DNA of 64,000 nt from Bigelowiella natans CCMP2755 (taxonomy: Eukaryota; Protista; Cercozoa). Numbering within the stretch: the stretch's first letter is position 1; the number at the start of each line of letters is the position of its first letter. The position numbers and the translations under genes are program-made. The notes beneath the pieces were generated by a model that did no database searches, was not told the origin of the DNA, and was given only the letters and a program-made list of their open reading frames with translations. Below are positions 27,472 to 41,805 of this stretch, piece after piece. The stretch lies in the NCBI GenBank assembly GCA_000320545.1, contig ADNK01000278.1, positions 1,645 to 65,644 of the forward strand. The letters are read 5' to 3'.

Positions 27472-28982
27472 CTATTTGGCCGTGTTGCATTCTTTCGCGT
27501 TACTTTCTACGAGCTTATACATTGCATCGGTACGAAGAAGATACTTCACCCCAGACTCCAACCTGTAGGAAGTTATTGTTCTTATTGTGAATCCGCATCG
27601 TACGCATCATAATTACGTACGACTCACATCCACGTACCTCTCTCCATCGTGAAGGTAGCACTTGGTCGAGTGATTAAACACTAAAGCGTCTCCAGACTGC
27701 ATAAATCAGTACGATTGTCAGTATTGGTCGAGATCGGTCAGCATGCTGTTCTCGAATAGAAACACCAAAGAATCGGGTTCTTACTACCTTTGGCCTCAGC
27801 GCATTTGTGACTTTTTCCGAGTCCTTTTGGTTCAGGAAGAAGCGCGTTGCCCCCCCCTCGAAGTCTGGTTGGCCATTGAGGTATATGTTGACAGTGAATA
27901 TGCTAGCTTCCGAGTCGGACCGCACGAAGTTGCTGATCGAGGGGGGGGGGGAGGGTGTAAGAAGGTCTTTAAAACTAATTATCGGTCTGAGAACTCTACT
28001 GTGGTTTCTCTTGCTGCAATGACTGGGGACTACGGATGTGCTTCTTTACGAGAAAGGGCAGATTAAGTGCCATTCTCAGTCTCATTCTTCTCCAGATAAA
28101 TCTATGTACTTTTGGCTACAGTTCGCTAGATGTCTGCATGTGATTTATACTGTACTGGCTATGTTGTGCATCATTGACTACTACTGCTGCTGCTAATACT
28201 ATTACTACTACTACTACTACTACTACTACTATTCTCACCCGTCTGTGTGCTTTCTAAAAAGCTGGCCCTTCTTATACCTGTGAGTATGAACGTACGACTA
28301 TATTACTAAGAGGTCTTGGGAAGAAGGATGATGATAAGAGGAGAACGGATTAACCTCCCCTCCTGCATCCAGCACCCCTCTCCTTCTCTTTGTCTCGCTG
28401 CGAATTGTGCATGGCGTTGATGGGGAAATCACCGGCAGTAGCGGAAGCATTCATTCAAGCCACATCGTCTCCATGTGTGATCCTTCTCGTCCTAATTCGC
28501 ATTCTCATCGTCATCATCATCATCATCATCATCATTATCATATCATCATCATCACATCATAGAGTAAATAGCATACTCAGCCTGGTCTGATTACCTTTAT
28601 TTCTAGCGGCAAAAACGGAGCTAAGCGTTCGTAGAGAGCATTCGCTAATTTGGTGTCCTTCAGGACCTGGCAATCATGTTGACGACATATTACGTGCGCG
28701 TGGATAAGAAAGGGGGAAATGTGACTTATTCAAATCAAATCATCGTTTGCTGTGATAGTTCTCATAATCGTTGCAGTTGCTTTAGCAGATGGTTTGCTCA
28801 GATACAACCACGCGATCGTTGGAGCGGTAGCTCTTCCTCCACCCTAAATCCTCATATCTGTAGTGCACGTATGCATGCATGTATGTATGATTATCAATGC
28901 GTTTGATGCAGTGGTAATCATGGAACTGATACTGGCACAAGTGGTGACGTTTTTGTGAGGTGGGTACGATTCCATTTATGTG

Positions 28983-29027
<45 letters not shown>

Positions 29028-29343
29028 CTCTGTGTGTGTGCCTGCTGTGCACGTCTTTCATACCCTGCATCTTCTGAGGCCGCTATTAGCTTCTTACACT
29101 CATCAGGGCTAAGAAATGCCGAGGCGACAAAGAGGTGTTCCTTGTCCTGTCAGCGAAGAATGGATGAACATCAATTACAGTCATATAGCAGCTTTTGATA
29201 TTGAAACAACTATCGTTTGAATGACCGTGCCATCGTCCAGAAGTGGATGAACTACTATGCTATGTTGCTTTGCCTTTCCTTCTTCATTTTCAGCAGAACC
29301 CACTCTTGAGTCGAGCATCTTGGAGAAATCAGTTTCCTCCTAA

Positions 29344-29380
<37 letters not shown>

Positions 29381-30160
29381 CGTAGATGCACATGTGTCAC
29401 AACTAGGGGGCGTATCAGATTCCAAATTTCCTCACTTCGCTCGCACATAGCTCTTACTATTCCCAACAACATCAATGCCAATGTGTGGATCTAAAGTAAC
29501 CTCTCCATTTGAGAAGAGGCGCTGATCACACCACCTTTACCTTGTGCATGTGGCTATTTTCTGTCCCTCCGACGGATGATAAGGCTGAATATGAGGAGTA
29601 GGCCTCGTAGGATGTTATTTTCTTCTTGGAAGAGGCACCGGGTTTTTTTCCTTGCGACCTATAGTGTGCGCTGTGTGGATGATATTGAAGGCCCATGTTT
29701 GGTTTGTGTTTCTGCGCTGGAAAAAGAAAGCTCTAAAATCTAGTAATCAAGATTTGGTGGCAACATCACTTGACTGTCAACGTGGCGAGGTTGGAGCACA
29801 CTGCAGACACTGCCGTAGCAGAGGGAAACACACTCAAATCGTGCCTCGGGGGATGCCCCAACCAGAGAGAGAATTTTTCGGAGTGCTGACAAGTATAATC
29901 GGGTGACAGTGCGCAGTTAGCGTTGCAAGTTAAATCGTCATATCGATGGTACCCTTATCAACTTCTGCACTGCAGAGTGAAGTTGAGAGAGTGTTGCGTC
30001 TTTTGAAAGCTTTACGAGTTCCTCTCGGCTTCCACTGAATGGCACTTCCCAGCGCACTGACACAACCTGCAAACATTGTGGCGATTCTCCACTCATCAGG
30101 CCTACCCCAGGCAGACACGGAAAAATAGAGCATGTTCACCAGTTTGTCTTCGCCTTCCAT
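27472..30160 (-). CDS. 2-oxoglutarate/Fe(II)-dependent dioxygenase (prolyl-4-hydroxylase-like), 5' end approximate
   Basis: FLSPDECKKLI, YRSNDRVV, LANALYERL, GLNECFR, YKKGQLFRKHTDG (HxD), TVNIYLN..FEGGATRF, GDALVFNH..LHDGE, GVKYLLRTDAMY; stop at 27472. Confidence 0.85.
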
Positions 30161-30414
30161 GACTTGGTTCCCCTATCTTCCTTCTACTTCTTCTTCTTCT
30201 TCTTCTTCTTCTTCAGGTGCTGCAGGAGGGGGAGTGGAATGTGAGCGCAACCGACAACACACTTTCTTTCCCGGAAATTTCCGAACCAACTTTTTGAATT
30301 TCGTGCAGAGGAATCGGGATTCATTGCATGTCGTCCATTGAAATCGCACGTCGTTTTGAATAATTTAATGATAGTACCGGATATTATCTGATTTTCTTTC
30401 TTTCGGGCAAAATA

Positions 30415-32911
30415 ATGGACTCCTCCGGTGGGTTGGAGGTGTGAGTACCTCGCCTCCTCCTCTTTCGATCGGGTGACGGACACGTGTCTCCACAAGGTAT
30501 TTATTTCACCAATGTTCGGATTCAGTAGCTCTGGATTTGTACCAAAAAAAACCACAATCGCTAAGACTTGACTTTCTTTCCAGGGAGAAGAATGATGATC
30601 CAAGATCATCCCAAGAAGTGCTGAAGTCAACAACACCTGAGGGGAAGGAAGGAAGGAAGGAAGGAAGGAACGAGCGACAAATGCGGCGCCAATGTTTATA
30701 CCCCAGCTCGGAGTATCGTCTTGTCGTAGTTTTAAGGTTGTTATACGAAGAATTTAAGGTGTAAAGCTCATCCCACTCACCCAATACTGCCTGTGTTATC
30801 AGTGCGGTCTTGGTACTTCTTCTCCTTTCAGCATTGATGCAGATAGGCTCGAGAGGAGGACTATTCAGGTATCCAAGAAGAAAGTTGTCATTTTTATCAC
30901 ATTCACTATCAACGTCGTTAGCACAGGAGGGCTTTTGCCAATGCTACACCTTCTCATATCCATCATCATCCTTCAAGTCATAACAGATGCTGCTGCTGCT
31001 GCTGCTGCTGCTGCTACTACTGCTACTACTACTACTCCCTCTCGCTTGTGTGTAGAGACGAGGCTTGGTACCTCGGGAAGCCATCGAGAAAATCAAGGTA
31101 TAGAGATGCTGCTTTTCTCAAGGTATGGTAGGTACTGCACGTAGCTTACTATGGAAACCTGGAGGATGACTGATTATGTGAAATTTCATCAGAGAGAGGA
31201 CCTTCTGGAGCAGCGAAAGCCTACGCTGCTGTACGATATGGTATGAGACCAAAACACTTTTTTGCTCCTTTTTGCTTTTGCTTATATCGCTGCTCAGCAT
31301 TCGAACAAAATCATTAATACTGCTTTATTCTTTGTCTATTCTTTGTGTGTCTGTGCTATGTTTCTGCATCGTCGTCTTCCTCGTCCTCTCTCCGTCCCAG
31401 GTTCGAATGGCACCATGGTTTTCTTGTCAGTTGACACGGCAGGAGCCCTCAGACCCCGTAAAAGATTATGGCGACGACGAAACAAACAAAAAATAAACAA
31501 TGGCCTTACACATGCGTGCATCGAATCACACACCAAACAGTTGCATGAAACGACCGTCGATTCGAAACCGCTACATGCCCAGTATAGCTGATGCATCCCT
31601 TCGCCGTTGCCTTGTTATGTGCGTCGTCCGTGACAGGAGGGCAAACTCCGTCGTATTATTACCAGTCAGATAAAACACACGTAGTAGGGCAATGGAGCGA
31701 TCTTGATATTGCAATAATCTACTATTATTTACAGGTAGCGACTCCCTGGGGAACAATTTATGAGTTTTCGGCTATAGCACGGTATATCAAGAAGCACAAG
31801 ACATGTCCTGTTACCAAGAAACCGCTTCGATTCAAGGTGCAGGCCAAATGCACGATGTTATCATAAATGAATATCAGCACACTCTGCTCTTATTTCTCTT
31901 CTTCTTCCTCTTCTAAGGATCTCACACGCTTGAATGTAACACGAAGCCAGCGTTCATCACAAGAAAAGTTCTGCCCAATATCGAAGAAGAGACTTGACCA
32001 TCTCGCCAGGATTGTTTACATCCGCACTTCGGGTAATTTAGAAACTGCAGTGTGCGTGACCCTATTAAAGCACAACAGACAGACACCGATGGCCTTCATG
32101 CTGTGACACCACCAAACAGAACATCATCCCTCATTTATCACCATCATCATCACCATCATCATCATTGTAATATCATCATCGTAATCATCATTATCGGTAT
32201 CGTGTTCTTCAGGAAGAGTGTATGCGGCAGAGGCAATTGACCTTTTACAGCAGCGGAACCAGAAATTTGGAGGAGACTCCGAAGAGGTTCATATTGTAAA
32301 CAAAGGCAAGTCGAGGGGAGGGGGGAGGACGAAGAGAGATGCTCCTCATAGTATTAACAGACGCAGGCAGCCTCACCTCTATAAACGGGTGGCAAAGCAG
32401 AGTGCCCCCCACCACCATCTTAGCAAAGATAACGATGATGATGATGAGGATGAGGAAGATGAAAGCATCAATATACCATTTATTGATGCAAGGGACGATG
32501 ACGGTATGGGGGGGGGTATTGGAGGCAGTGATGAGGATGAAGATGAGGATGACGATGAAGAAGACAGCGACGTGCTCGACGATGGAGAGGAAATGGAATA
32601 GTACGTAACAACAAACACCACAAATGACAAAATATTAACCTCTAGGAAACATATAGTTAGAGGTTGTAGTTTCTGGTAGTAGTAGCAGCAGCAGACACAC
32701 ATAGCAGGTCCTCCTCACTTGAACGAAGGGTGGAGTCTCTCTCCCTCCTCCTGCTTATCTTCTTCTTCTTGTTTTATTTCCTTTCTTGGTCTGCAATTCC
32801 TACTATTACTACTACTACTACTACTACTACTACTACAATCGCAGCGATCCAATCTCAGGAGAACCTTTTTCACTTGACGACGTCATTGTTATTCAAGTGC
32901 TCTCTCTCTCC

Positions 32912-32959
<48 letters not shown>

Positions 32960-33281
32960 TTCTCTCCTTCCCTCCCTCTCCCCCCTCACCCCTCTATCCA
33001 TGCACCCCTTCTCTTTCCTTTATCCTTACACGCGACAATAAATATCAAATCACGAGTCGCAAACAACAGGATGGAAATGCCGGTTTTTTTTTTTCAGAGA
33101 GGGAGAGAGAGAGGGAGAATCAAGACTTTGATGCTGCTAATCATGATGATGATGATGATGATGATGATGACGATGTTGTTTTTATTATGTTTTCATAATA
33201 TTTAGGACCCTATTGTTCTAGCTCAAAAGGCAAAGCTCGCATATGATGAGGCCGAAGAGTACCTAATATAATACGAGAATT

Positions 33282-33316
<35 letters not shown>

Positions 33317-33505
33317 GCGTGCGTGTGTGTGTGTGTGTGTGTTTATACGAATTCAAACATGCATGAATATCTCCATGAATTGCTAAATGTCGTCAGGGAA
33401 ACGCGAAAAGGAGCTTTGGAGTTCCCCATGATCCAAACGACTCCGGTTGTTGACACACAGCCGTCAGACATCAGGGACCGCATCGCTCAGCAGCAGGAAG
33501 GATGA
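30415..33505 (+). CDS. PPIL2/Cyp60-type U-box/Rtf2-like RING protein without a cyclophilin domain (5' end approximate)
   Basis: APWFSCQLTRQEPSDP|VATPWGTIYEFSAIARYIKKHKTCPVTKKPL, FCPISKKRLDHLARIVYIRTSG|RVYAAEAI, DPISGEPFSLDDVIVIQ|DP parallel the PPIL2 N-terminal region. Stop at 33503-33505. Confidence 0.72.
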
Positions 33506-33509
33506 TGAC

Positions 33510-34660
33510 GTTGTGCCTTGACGTAGATGCATACGAGCGTCATAGCTAGGGCCAGCTACCTGTACAATGCAGCTTTAAGTTTAAGCGATGTGGGAGATTC
33601 CCAAAGTAGCGACCAGTGAATGGCCCATGCATTGCAAAAAGGCAGCTGCTTTAACGTTTTCATTAACTGACATACTACGTCTCGATCAGTCATTTAAGCG
33701 TGGCTGATTTCGCACAATTCTGCTTTCGGCTCGCTAATTTCATTGAATTGTTATACTTTTTCCCCTTAGCCTCGTGGTTAATTCTGTTACCAAATGTACG
33801 CTTTATGCGATTTGCAAACACTAATTGACATTCATACGCACCGCATATAATTGTCGCACTGCATGCGGCATGTTGACATAACTAGCTAGCAGTCTGATGT
33901 GTCCTACAATGAGCGCTATACACGACGCGAAAAGGGTCACAACATGTGCTGCAACAGCTAACGTAACAACAGATGAACATAACAGCAATAGCTAGAAGCA
34001 TCCCACTTGGTGAGTCGCATGAAAGCAGTAGATGCATAGAAGCCAGCTAAACAGGGCATGCCTCACACGAATTTCAGTATCACAGGTACACACTTTCACT
34101 TTCTAACTTTGGCAAACGATTGCTGCACTTGTCGATCATATGCGCACGTGGTGTTGTTAATGAACACAGTATCTGCAACTTTGCTCTGTGGCCATGACAA
34201 CGCAATGATGTGGCACAACTTAGAGATGGTCGGGTTCATGTTTTCACGGTGGCTAATTGCACGTTCTCGATCGAAAGCTGAATTCATTGTGTCATCTCTA
34301 GCTTTGCGTCACACAACATAGCCACAAACCCAAAAATAAAGGCCGCATGCTAATACATGCACGTATCAAAATAATGCAAGTAGCTGATAAAATTATTTAA
34401 CTTGTTACAGATGTAAGATGCTCGTTTCAGATAGTATATCATGAGGCGAACACGAATGATTGAAATGATTGATGTAACAGCAGGCAACTCTAGATATATT
34501 CAAACGTCCAAAGCACGTGATGGCTCCGAATATCGCTGCTTCCTAGCAATTTTAGCAATTTAAGGGTATTAAGTTATGGAGTTCAGAGATGGTAGATAAG
34601 GCTCTTCTGGATGGATTAGGTAATGCTGTCTCGAAACCTACTGTACGTCTAACTCTCTTC
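33510..34660. other. Convergent intergenic tract enriched in CTAG/CATG/TGCA
   Basis: Lies between the PPIL2-like (+) and BRCT (-) 3' ends; moderate signature. Confidence 0.45.
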
Positions 34661-34671
34661 AAACGGCAGCT

Positions 34672-34759
34672 CTACGCGATGAGCGTGAAATCGTAATGGG
34701 CCGTCTGGAAACCGACCAATTTCTGTTTTTGCCGCACCAGATTAAAATTATGAGTGTGT

Positions 34760-34795
<36 letters not shown>

Positions 34796-36730
34796 ATGAT
34801 TACCTGCGTCTGGAGGCACTCAACAACCCAGGCGAAGACAACTCTCTCGGTCCTCTTCCTCTTCGAGCTGCTGCTGCTGCTGCTACCCTTTGCAGCATCA
34901 TCGCTTTTCGCAGGAAGGAAGGAGGGAGGGGGGAGGACCGGGTAAAAGGGTGGATGTTCAGCAAACAACGTTTTAAGAAGGACAACTGGGGACATACACG
35001 ATTCAAAATTATCACAGGCAAAGAAGTGAAGAATAAGATAAGAAGAACACTTTTCTGACTACTCATTTTAGTCGTAATTCCGGCAGATTGTATTACGCGT
35101 TGTTGCAAATCACGCAGTAGTAGTCGTCAGGAGATGCCTGCTTCGAGGAGGAGGAGGAGGAGGAGGGCTCCAGGACAACAACCTTTGCGCCAGCCTCTTG
35201 AATGATCTACACGCATGATGATCCATCCATCATATGTCATACGCATGTTTACGGAGGGGGGGGGGGGGGAGACGCTGATAGCAAAGGTCGCGGAGTAGAA
35301 GTATTCTATGCGTCGTTGACGTTGTTGTTGTTGTTGTCGTCGTCGTCGTCGTAGTAGTAGTAGTAGTAGTATCGTATGATGAGCAATATTATTATTATTA
35401 TTGATAATAGTATTGACAGCAGCACCGCTTTCAACTGCCGGGAAGCCTTTGGAGAGACGGAGCTCACGGCGAATGTACGTCCAGAGAGCACACGTTTTCT
35501 CTGATGATGATGATGGTGATGGTGATGGTGATGATAATGATGGTGATGATAATGGTGATGATAATGATGATGATGATGGTGATGATGCAAACGAAGACTA
35601 GAGTGAGGAAGGAGCTTGCCCTCCTCTTGTCTCTCAAGGTTGGCCAACAACAGGTATTTATTTTACCCATCATCCATCCATCCATCGTCGTCATCATTAA
35701 TGATATGAACAACTACCAGCAGCAGTACCTGAGCCAACGGTTGGAGAAAGTTTCTCTCAACCAGGGAGTTCCATCGGCTTGGCAAAGGCACAGCCTTCGT
35801 CTGGTCAAGTGGGACGCCTTTGCACAAGACGACGACATTGATGACGAGGGGGAGGGGGAGGAGAGGAGGGTATGGATATATGCAATACCGATAAATCACG
35901 TTAGGTAGCCCAGAAGGAAAAGCAAGAGCGTGAGAGAAACAGAGGAGAGGAGGGGGGAGGAAGATGATCAAGAGAGAAGGAGGGCTTATTAGCAGCAAAG
36001 TAGTACCGAACGGGATAGTAAAAGGAGAGGGGTCTACGAGCATTCTCTGCCGTCTGCACTCCTATTTATCGAAACAGCACAAAGTGTACATCATTAACGT
36101 CGTTTTTAGACAGAAGATCATGCAAACTGATATATACACTCTCACACACGCACACACATATTATATATATATATATATATATATATGTTTACTGAACATA
36201 ATGATAATACCTGAAGAAACCCAAGCTTGAGCGGTGAGAGCCCACGCGCAAGGGAGAACATATACTTCTTTGTCGTACGAGGTCGGTCAGCGATGACGAG
36301 AACCTAGATAGGACAAGAAGCAGCAGCAGCAGCACAGATACGATATGATTTAATGTGATGTGATTATCAGATGAGACCATGACGATGAAGATGATTGATT
36401 GATTGATTTTATTGATTGATTTATTGATTGGTGGTGATGATAACGGGTTCTTCTTCATCACCGCCACCGTCATCAATGCGCTCGTATTCTATCCGATCGA
36501 TTATGGGAGTGCTAGTAGCACCAGCGGTGGTAGTAAGTATATAATGTGCGTGCGTGTGTATGTGTGTGTGTGTGTGTGTGTATGCGTGAGCAGAATTGAT
36601 GATACTGACGTCGCATCCCTTGATTGATAGTCGATGAGCTTCTTCCACAGATTCTGCTACCTGGAAGAGATGTAGTAGTAGTAGGAGGAGGAGGAGAAGA
36701 AGAAGAAAAAGAAAGCTGTTTGTTTCTTGC

Positions 36731-36790
<60 letters not shown>

Positions 36791-37344
36791 TGAAAGAGAG
36801 AAGAGAGAGAGAGAGTGTCCGTCTTCTCCCTTATCAATCATCACCATCATCACCTTGCCACCCATTGACGTGATGAGGTCGGCAGCCACCTTTGCATCGA
36901 CCTTCATCACAACAAACACACGCCATCATCAACAACATCTCACAGCAATGCATGCATACATACATCACGATAACGATTGCTGATTGACGATGATTGATGA
37001 TCCACAACAACAACAACAACTACTACTACTACTACTACTACCCACTTTGGTTAGAAGGAAGTGAAATCCTTTGAGGACGTCTCGCAACCGTTTGGCCGGC
37101 CTACGAGCTGGAATCACCCCATCATCCTCTGAAGCGTCGTCGTCGTCGTCGTCGTCGTCGTCATCCTCTTCGATTTCACCTTCTCCTCCCCCTTCTTCTT
37201 CTTCTTCTTCTTCTTCTTCTTCCTCTTCCTCTTCCTCTTCCACCATCCCCTCCTTTTCGTCCACTGAGTGGAGAGGAGAGAGAAAACAGCAAGTATACAA
37301 TACACTATAAGAATACACGAAGATGACAGAACAAGCAATGTCGC

Positions 37345-37375
<31 letters not shown>

Positions 37376-37504
37376 TTGTTATCAGCACATAAAACTACTT
37401 ATAGATTCTCATTCCTTATAACAGCGACTAAAAGACAACGCTGCACAGTTGCTGTCGTTTTTATTGTTGTTCTTGTTGTTGTTGCTCTTGCTGCTGTTGT
37501 TGTT

Positions 37505-37567
<63 letters not shown>

Positions 37568-39307
37568 ACCTCCATTGCGTTTTGTGCTGCGGTAAAGACG
37601 ACGTCGTTTGCTTCTACGTGGGTTGCTGCTACGTACACAACGCAGATGGTTAATCATGATGTGTATAGAGGAAATATATATTGAGCACGGGAGGGCGGAG
37701 GCCATGGAAATTAGTGGCAATGACAGTATATAATACCGATATTAAAGAGACACGCACTACCGACTATCATCCTCCTCCTCCATTCGATCTTCCTCTTGTC
37801 CAAGGGTATGACGAGCAGTCCTTGGGCGGCGGCTGCTGCTGGTGCTGCTGTTTCCTTGAGCATTGTGCTGCTGCATGTTTCGAGGGTGCTTTCTCTCTGT
37901 TGTTCTCCTTCTTCTTCCTCTCGGTGATGATGATGATGATGCCGTCGATTGTCCTTTGCCCCCTTTCTTCTTTTTCTTCTCCTTCTTATTCTTCTTGCTG
38001 CTGCTAGGAAAGAAACACAAAATATGCGTAGCGACAGCATGATCATCTGCAATCTTTTTCCTAATGAATGAGGAGCTCGTGGTGGTGATGGTGGTGGTGG
38101 TTGAGTGCGAGGTTGCCTCCCTCGATCAACGTCATCGAAGACACACAGCCGAGCTCTGCTGTGCTGCACAACAACTGCTCTACTTCTGATTTTCTATGGT
38201 GATTAAAGCCTTTCCTATCTACTTACTTACCTCTTGGAATCGTAGCATTTCTCGTCAGCGCCCTCCTCCTCCTCCTCCTCCTCCTCCTCCTCCCCATCGT
38301 CGTCACCCCCCTGGTCCTTGCTTGCCGAATAACCCTGATAGTAGGAAAGGCAGTGGGGGAAGAAAAAGAAGAAGAAGAAGCAGCAGCAGAGAGGAAAAGG
38401 GGGAAAAGGAGGAGAATAGAGAGAACGAGGAAGAGGCGGATATAACGTTGTAGTAGACGACGGAATCACGTAGTAGAGAAGGGTATTGTTCTTGGTCCTT
38501 CTCATTATCAATATTATTTTCATGATTATTATTATTATTATTATTATTATTCTTTTTCCTTCTTTGTGTCTGATAATAATACCTCTGGCCTTCCTCCACG
38601 ATTTCTGTTCCCAAGGTGGTCTCGAACTATCCAACAATAAAGCGTCATCAACCAACCCCCCCCCCCCCCCCCTCTTAGTAGAAGAGGATGAATAGGAAAG
38701 CTAGCACCAAGTATCAAGGTGTTATGATGCAGGACAAAAACTGCCCTTCCCTTCGTCGTCACTGCAAGAAAAATTACTTTTTGATGTAATCGTACATATT
38801 TAACCTAAGTGAGCTGCTGCTGGCTACTACTCCTCCTCCTACCACTACTCCTATTGCTACTACTACTACTACTACCACTACCACTACCACTACTACCATA
38901 AGCACTGCTATGATGATGATGATGATGTTGTAATAATCGACTACCTTTGAAGGGGTTTTTCATGTATTCTTGCAACGTCATCATCCCAGTCTTACGAACC
39001 TGTGTGTATGGCAATGATAATGATGATAATGATGATGATGATGTCTTATGAACCTGTGTGTATGGTAATGATAATGATGATAATGATGATGATGATGATG
39101 ATTATGATGATGATGATGATACTCAAAGGAGGAGTGATTGGTGTTCTTGCTGTTCTTTTCACCCCCCCCCCCCTCTCTTCTTCTTCTTCCAACAATCTTA
39201 GCAGGAGCAGCTGCTGCTCACACACCGTAGCAACCCACATCTCCGATGTATTCGCAAACCTCACGATGTCTGGTGCTGGCTCCTAAGGTGCATAATCATT
39301 AAGCATT

Positions 39308-39388
<81 letters not shown>

Positions 39389-39495
39389 CGCTAAAGGCCT
39401 CCTAATGTCGTTGCTTGTTTGCGTTGAAAAGCAGCATACATCTCCCTCTTCTTCCTCATCCTCCTTGGCTCACTCCCCTATCTCCTCACTATTAA

Positions 39496-39530
<35 letters not shown>

Positions 39531-39702
39531 CACACAAGCAGCCATACATACATGCATGCATGCAGGGCAGAGATAGGTAGTAGTAGTTTTAGTAGTAGTA
39601 GTAGTAGCAGCAGCCTACCTTGGTTCTCCACCCCTTAAATAAATGCACACTTTCCGTTTCGGATGTAATGTCTAGCAGCGCGATCTCAGCATAGCCTCTA
39701 TA

Positions 39703-39743
<41 letters not shown>

Positions 39744-40834
39744 TACGCTTAGTCATGATAATAATAATAAAATTGACAATTCTTCTTCTTCTTCTTCTTT
39801 CTGTTGTTATTGTTGTTGTGGTGGTGGTGGTGGTTGCACGCATGCACCTGCTGGCAGCTTTGATTGCCGCATCACGAGGGTATATGTTGGTGAATGACAG
39901 GTTCTCCGCGTTCAGCAGCCGATATCTCCGCAGCTGAATTGGCAAGAGGAGAGGAAGATTGATGAGGAGGGAGGGGGGGAGGGGGGAGGAAATGTAGAAC
40001 AGCAACAAAAAGGGGGGCATTAAATGCAGCAGCGTCAATGGGAATAGCACGCCTACCGTGTCCCTTCGTTTTCTTCCATTGAGGTTCCTGAATTTGTCTT
40101 TCAGGTCTAACGACCTTCGACTCTCCTTAAATATGCCTGTTGTCAGATGATAACAACAACAACAACAATGATGATAATGATGATGATGATGATGATGATA
40201 ATTATGATGATAAGGCTGCGTTAGGGATAGCAGCTGGTATGTTAGTAATAGTCATACAAATCATGCTTAGATCATTACCCGAAGTTGTTCTACCTACTAC
40301 TAATGCTACTGCTACTACTACTACTACTACTACTACAGCCTTCTCATCATGTTTTCTCCCGATTACTCATTGTCGTCTCACCTTGCCCTTTTTCCAATAT
40401 CCAGTTCCATTTCTGCGCCACGCCGCTCACCATCTGCAAAATATATGATGATAGATATGAGAGCGGGGAGGTATTGAAGCTATACGGGTGAAAATTCTCT
40501 AGAATATGTAATAATGCTAGATGTCGACTTGGAGGAGGACAGTACTGGTCTCAGTACTGGTCTCTGTGCGGCAGAATCGAAAGAACACCGAACTAATTCA
40601 TGCTAGCCTATCATCGTGTTAAACAGAAACAATGCAGTGGTACAACCGCGTCTTTGTGGAGGCGCTGAAGAGCTTCCTCCTACGATTAATAATGCATGAA
40701 AGTTTATGGAATACTGTTGTCAGCGATTATAAGGAGGATGGTGGTGGTGATGATGATGATGACGATGGAGAAAGACTCGAGCAGGTGGATAAAATAGCGC
40801 TTGCGGTTAATTACATGTGACTACTGCAGACCAA

Positions 40835-40873
<39 letters not shown>

Positions 40874-41147
40874 AAATACTACCATCACCACAAGTATTTC
40901 TTTTTTATGGAATTTTATGAGAGATCATTGTTATCATTGTTGTCTATATCATTCCTACAACAACCTCTTCAGTTGTCCACAACACACTTTTCCTTCGTTC
41001 TGTGCTATAAGGCTGCCTCTTCTTCTTCTTCGTCTCCTTGTTTCCGCTTTTCGGAGTGCTAGTTGTAGTACTAGCTATGCTTCTTTTCTTCGCGGACTTC
41101 GTTCGGCTTTTCTTGAGCTGGCGCCATTTGTCCTATGTGAATCGTCG

Positions 41148-41179
<32 letters not shown>

Positions 41180-41773
41180 GTCGTCGTTGTCACAGTGTGC
41201 GACGAATAAGAGTGCATTCCATGTATGATTTACAACATCATAATTCTGACCACCAGCTAACAGGATTCATCCATCATCATCATCATCATCATCATCGCCA
41301 AGCTTGCATCATCACCTTAAGACTTCCTCCAGTTCTTCTTCCTTCAAACGTGTCCAAGTTGTTTTTCAGAATTTGGCTCCATGATCCCTCCCCATACGTT
41401 CTCACGCCATCTCGCAGCACCATAATCTGCAGCAGGTGGAAGGTAGAAGACCCCGGGGGGGGGAAGGGAGGGGGGCAAAAGTGTGAGCCCTTCTTCAGAA
41501 TGCTGTTGAAATTATCGCTACTACCACGTTTATTCGTATTATCATTATGATCAACTTGTTGTCATCAATGACCTCGTCTTCTGTCCAGGGGATTCGTTTT
41601 TTCTTCACCGTCTCGCTTCTACTCATTCGTCGAGCAGCAGCATTTTTCTCTCCCTTAATTTTACGATTATCATCCTTATCATCTTCCTTCTCCTCATCGT
41701 CGATAACTTCATCTTCCATCAAGTCCTCATCCTCGTCGTCATCTTCTTCTGACTCCGTTTCCTCCTCCCCGTC

Positions 41774-41805
<32 letters not shown>

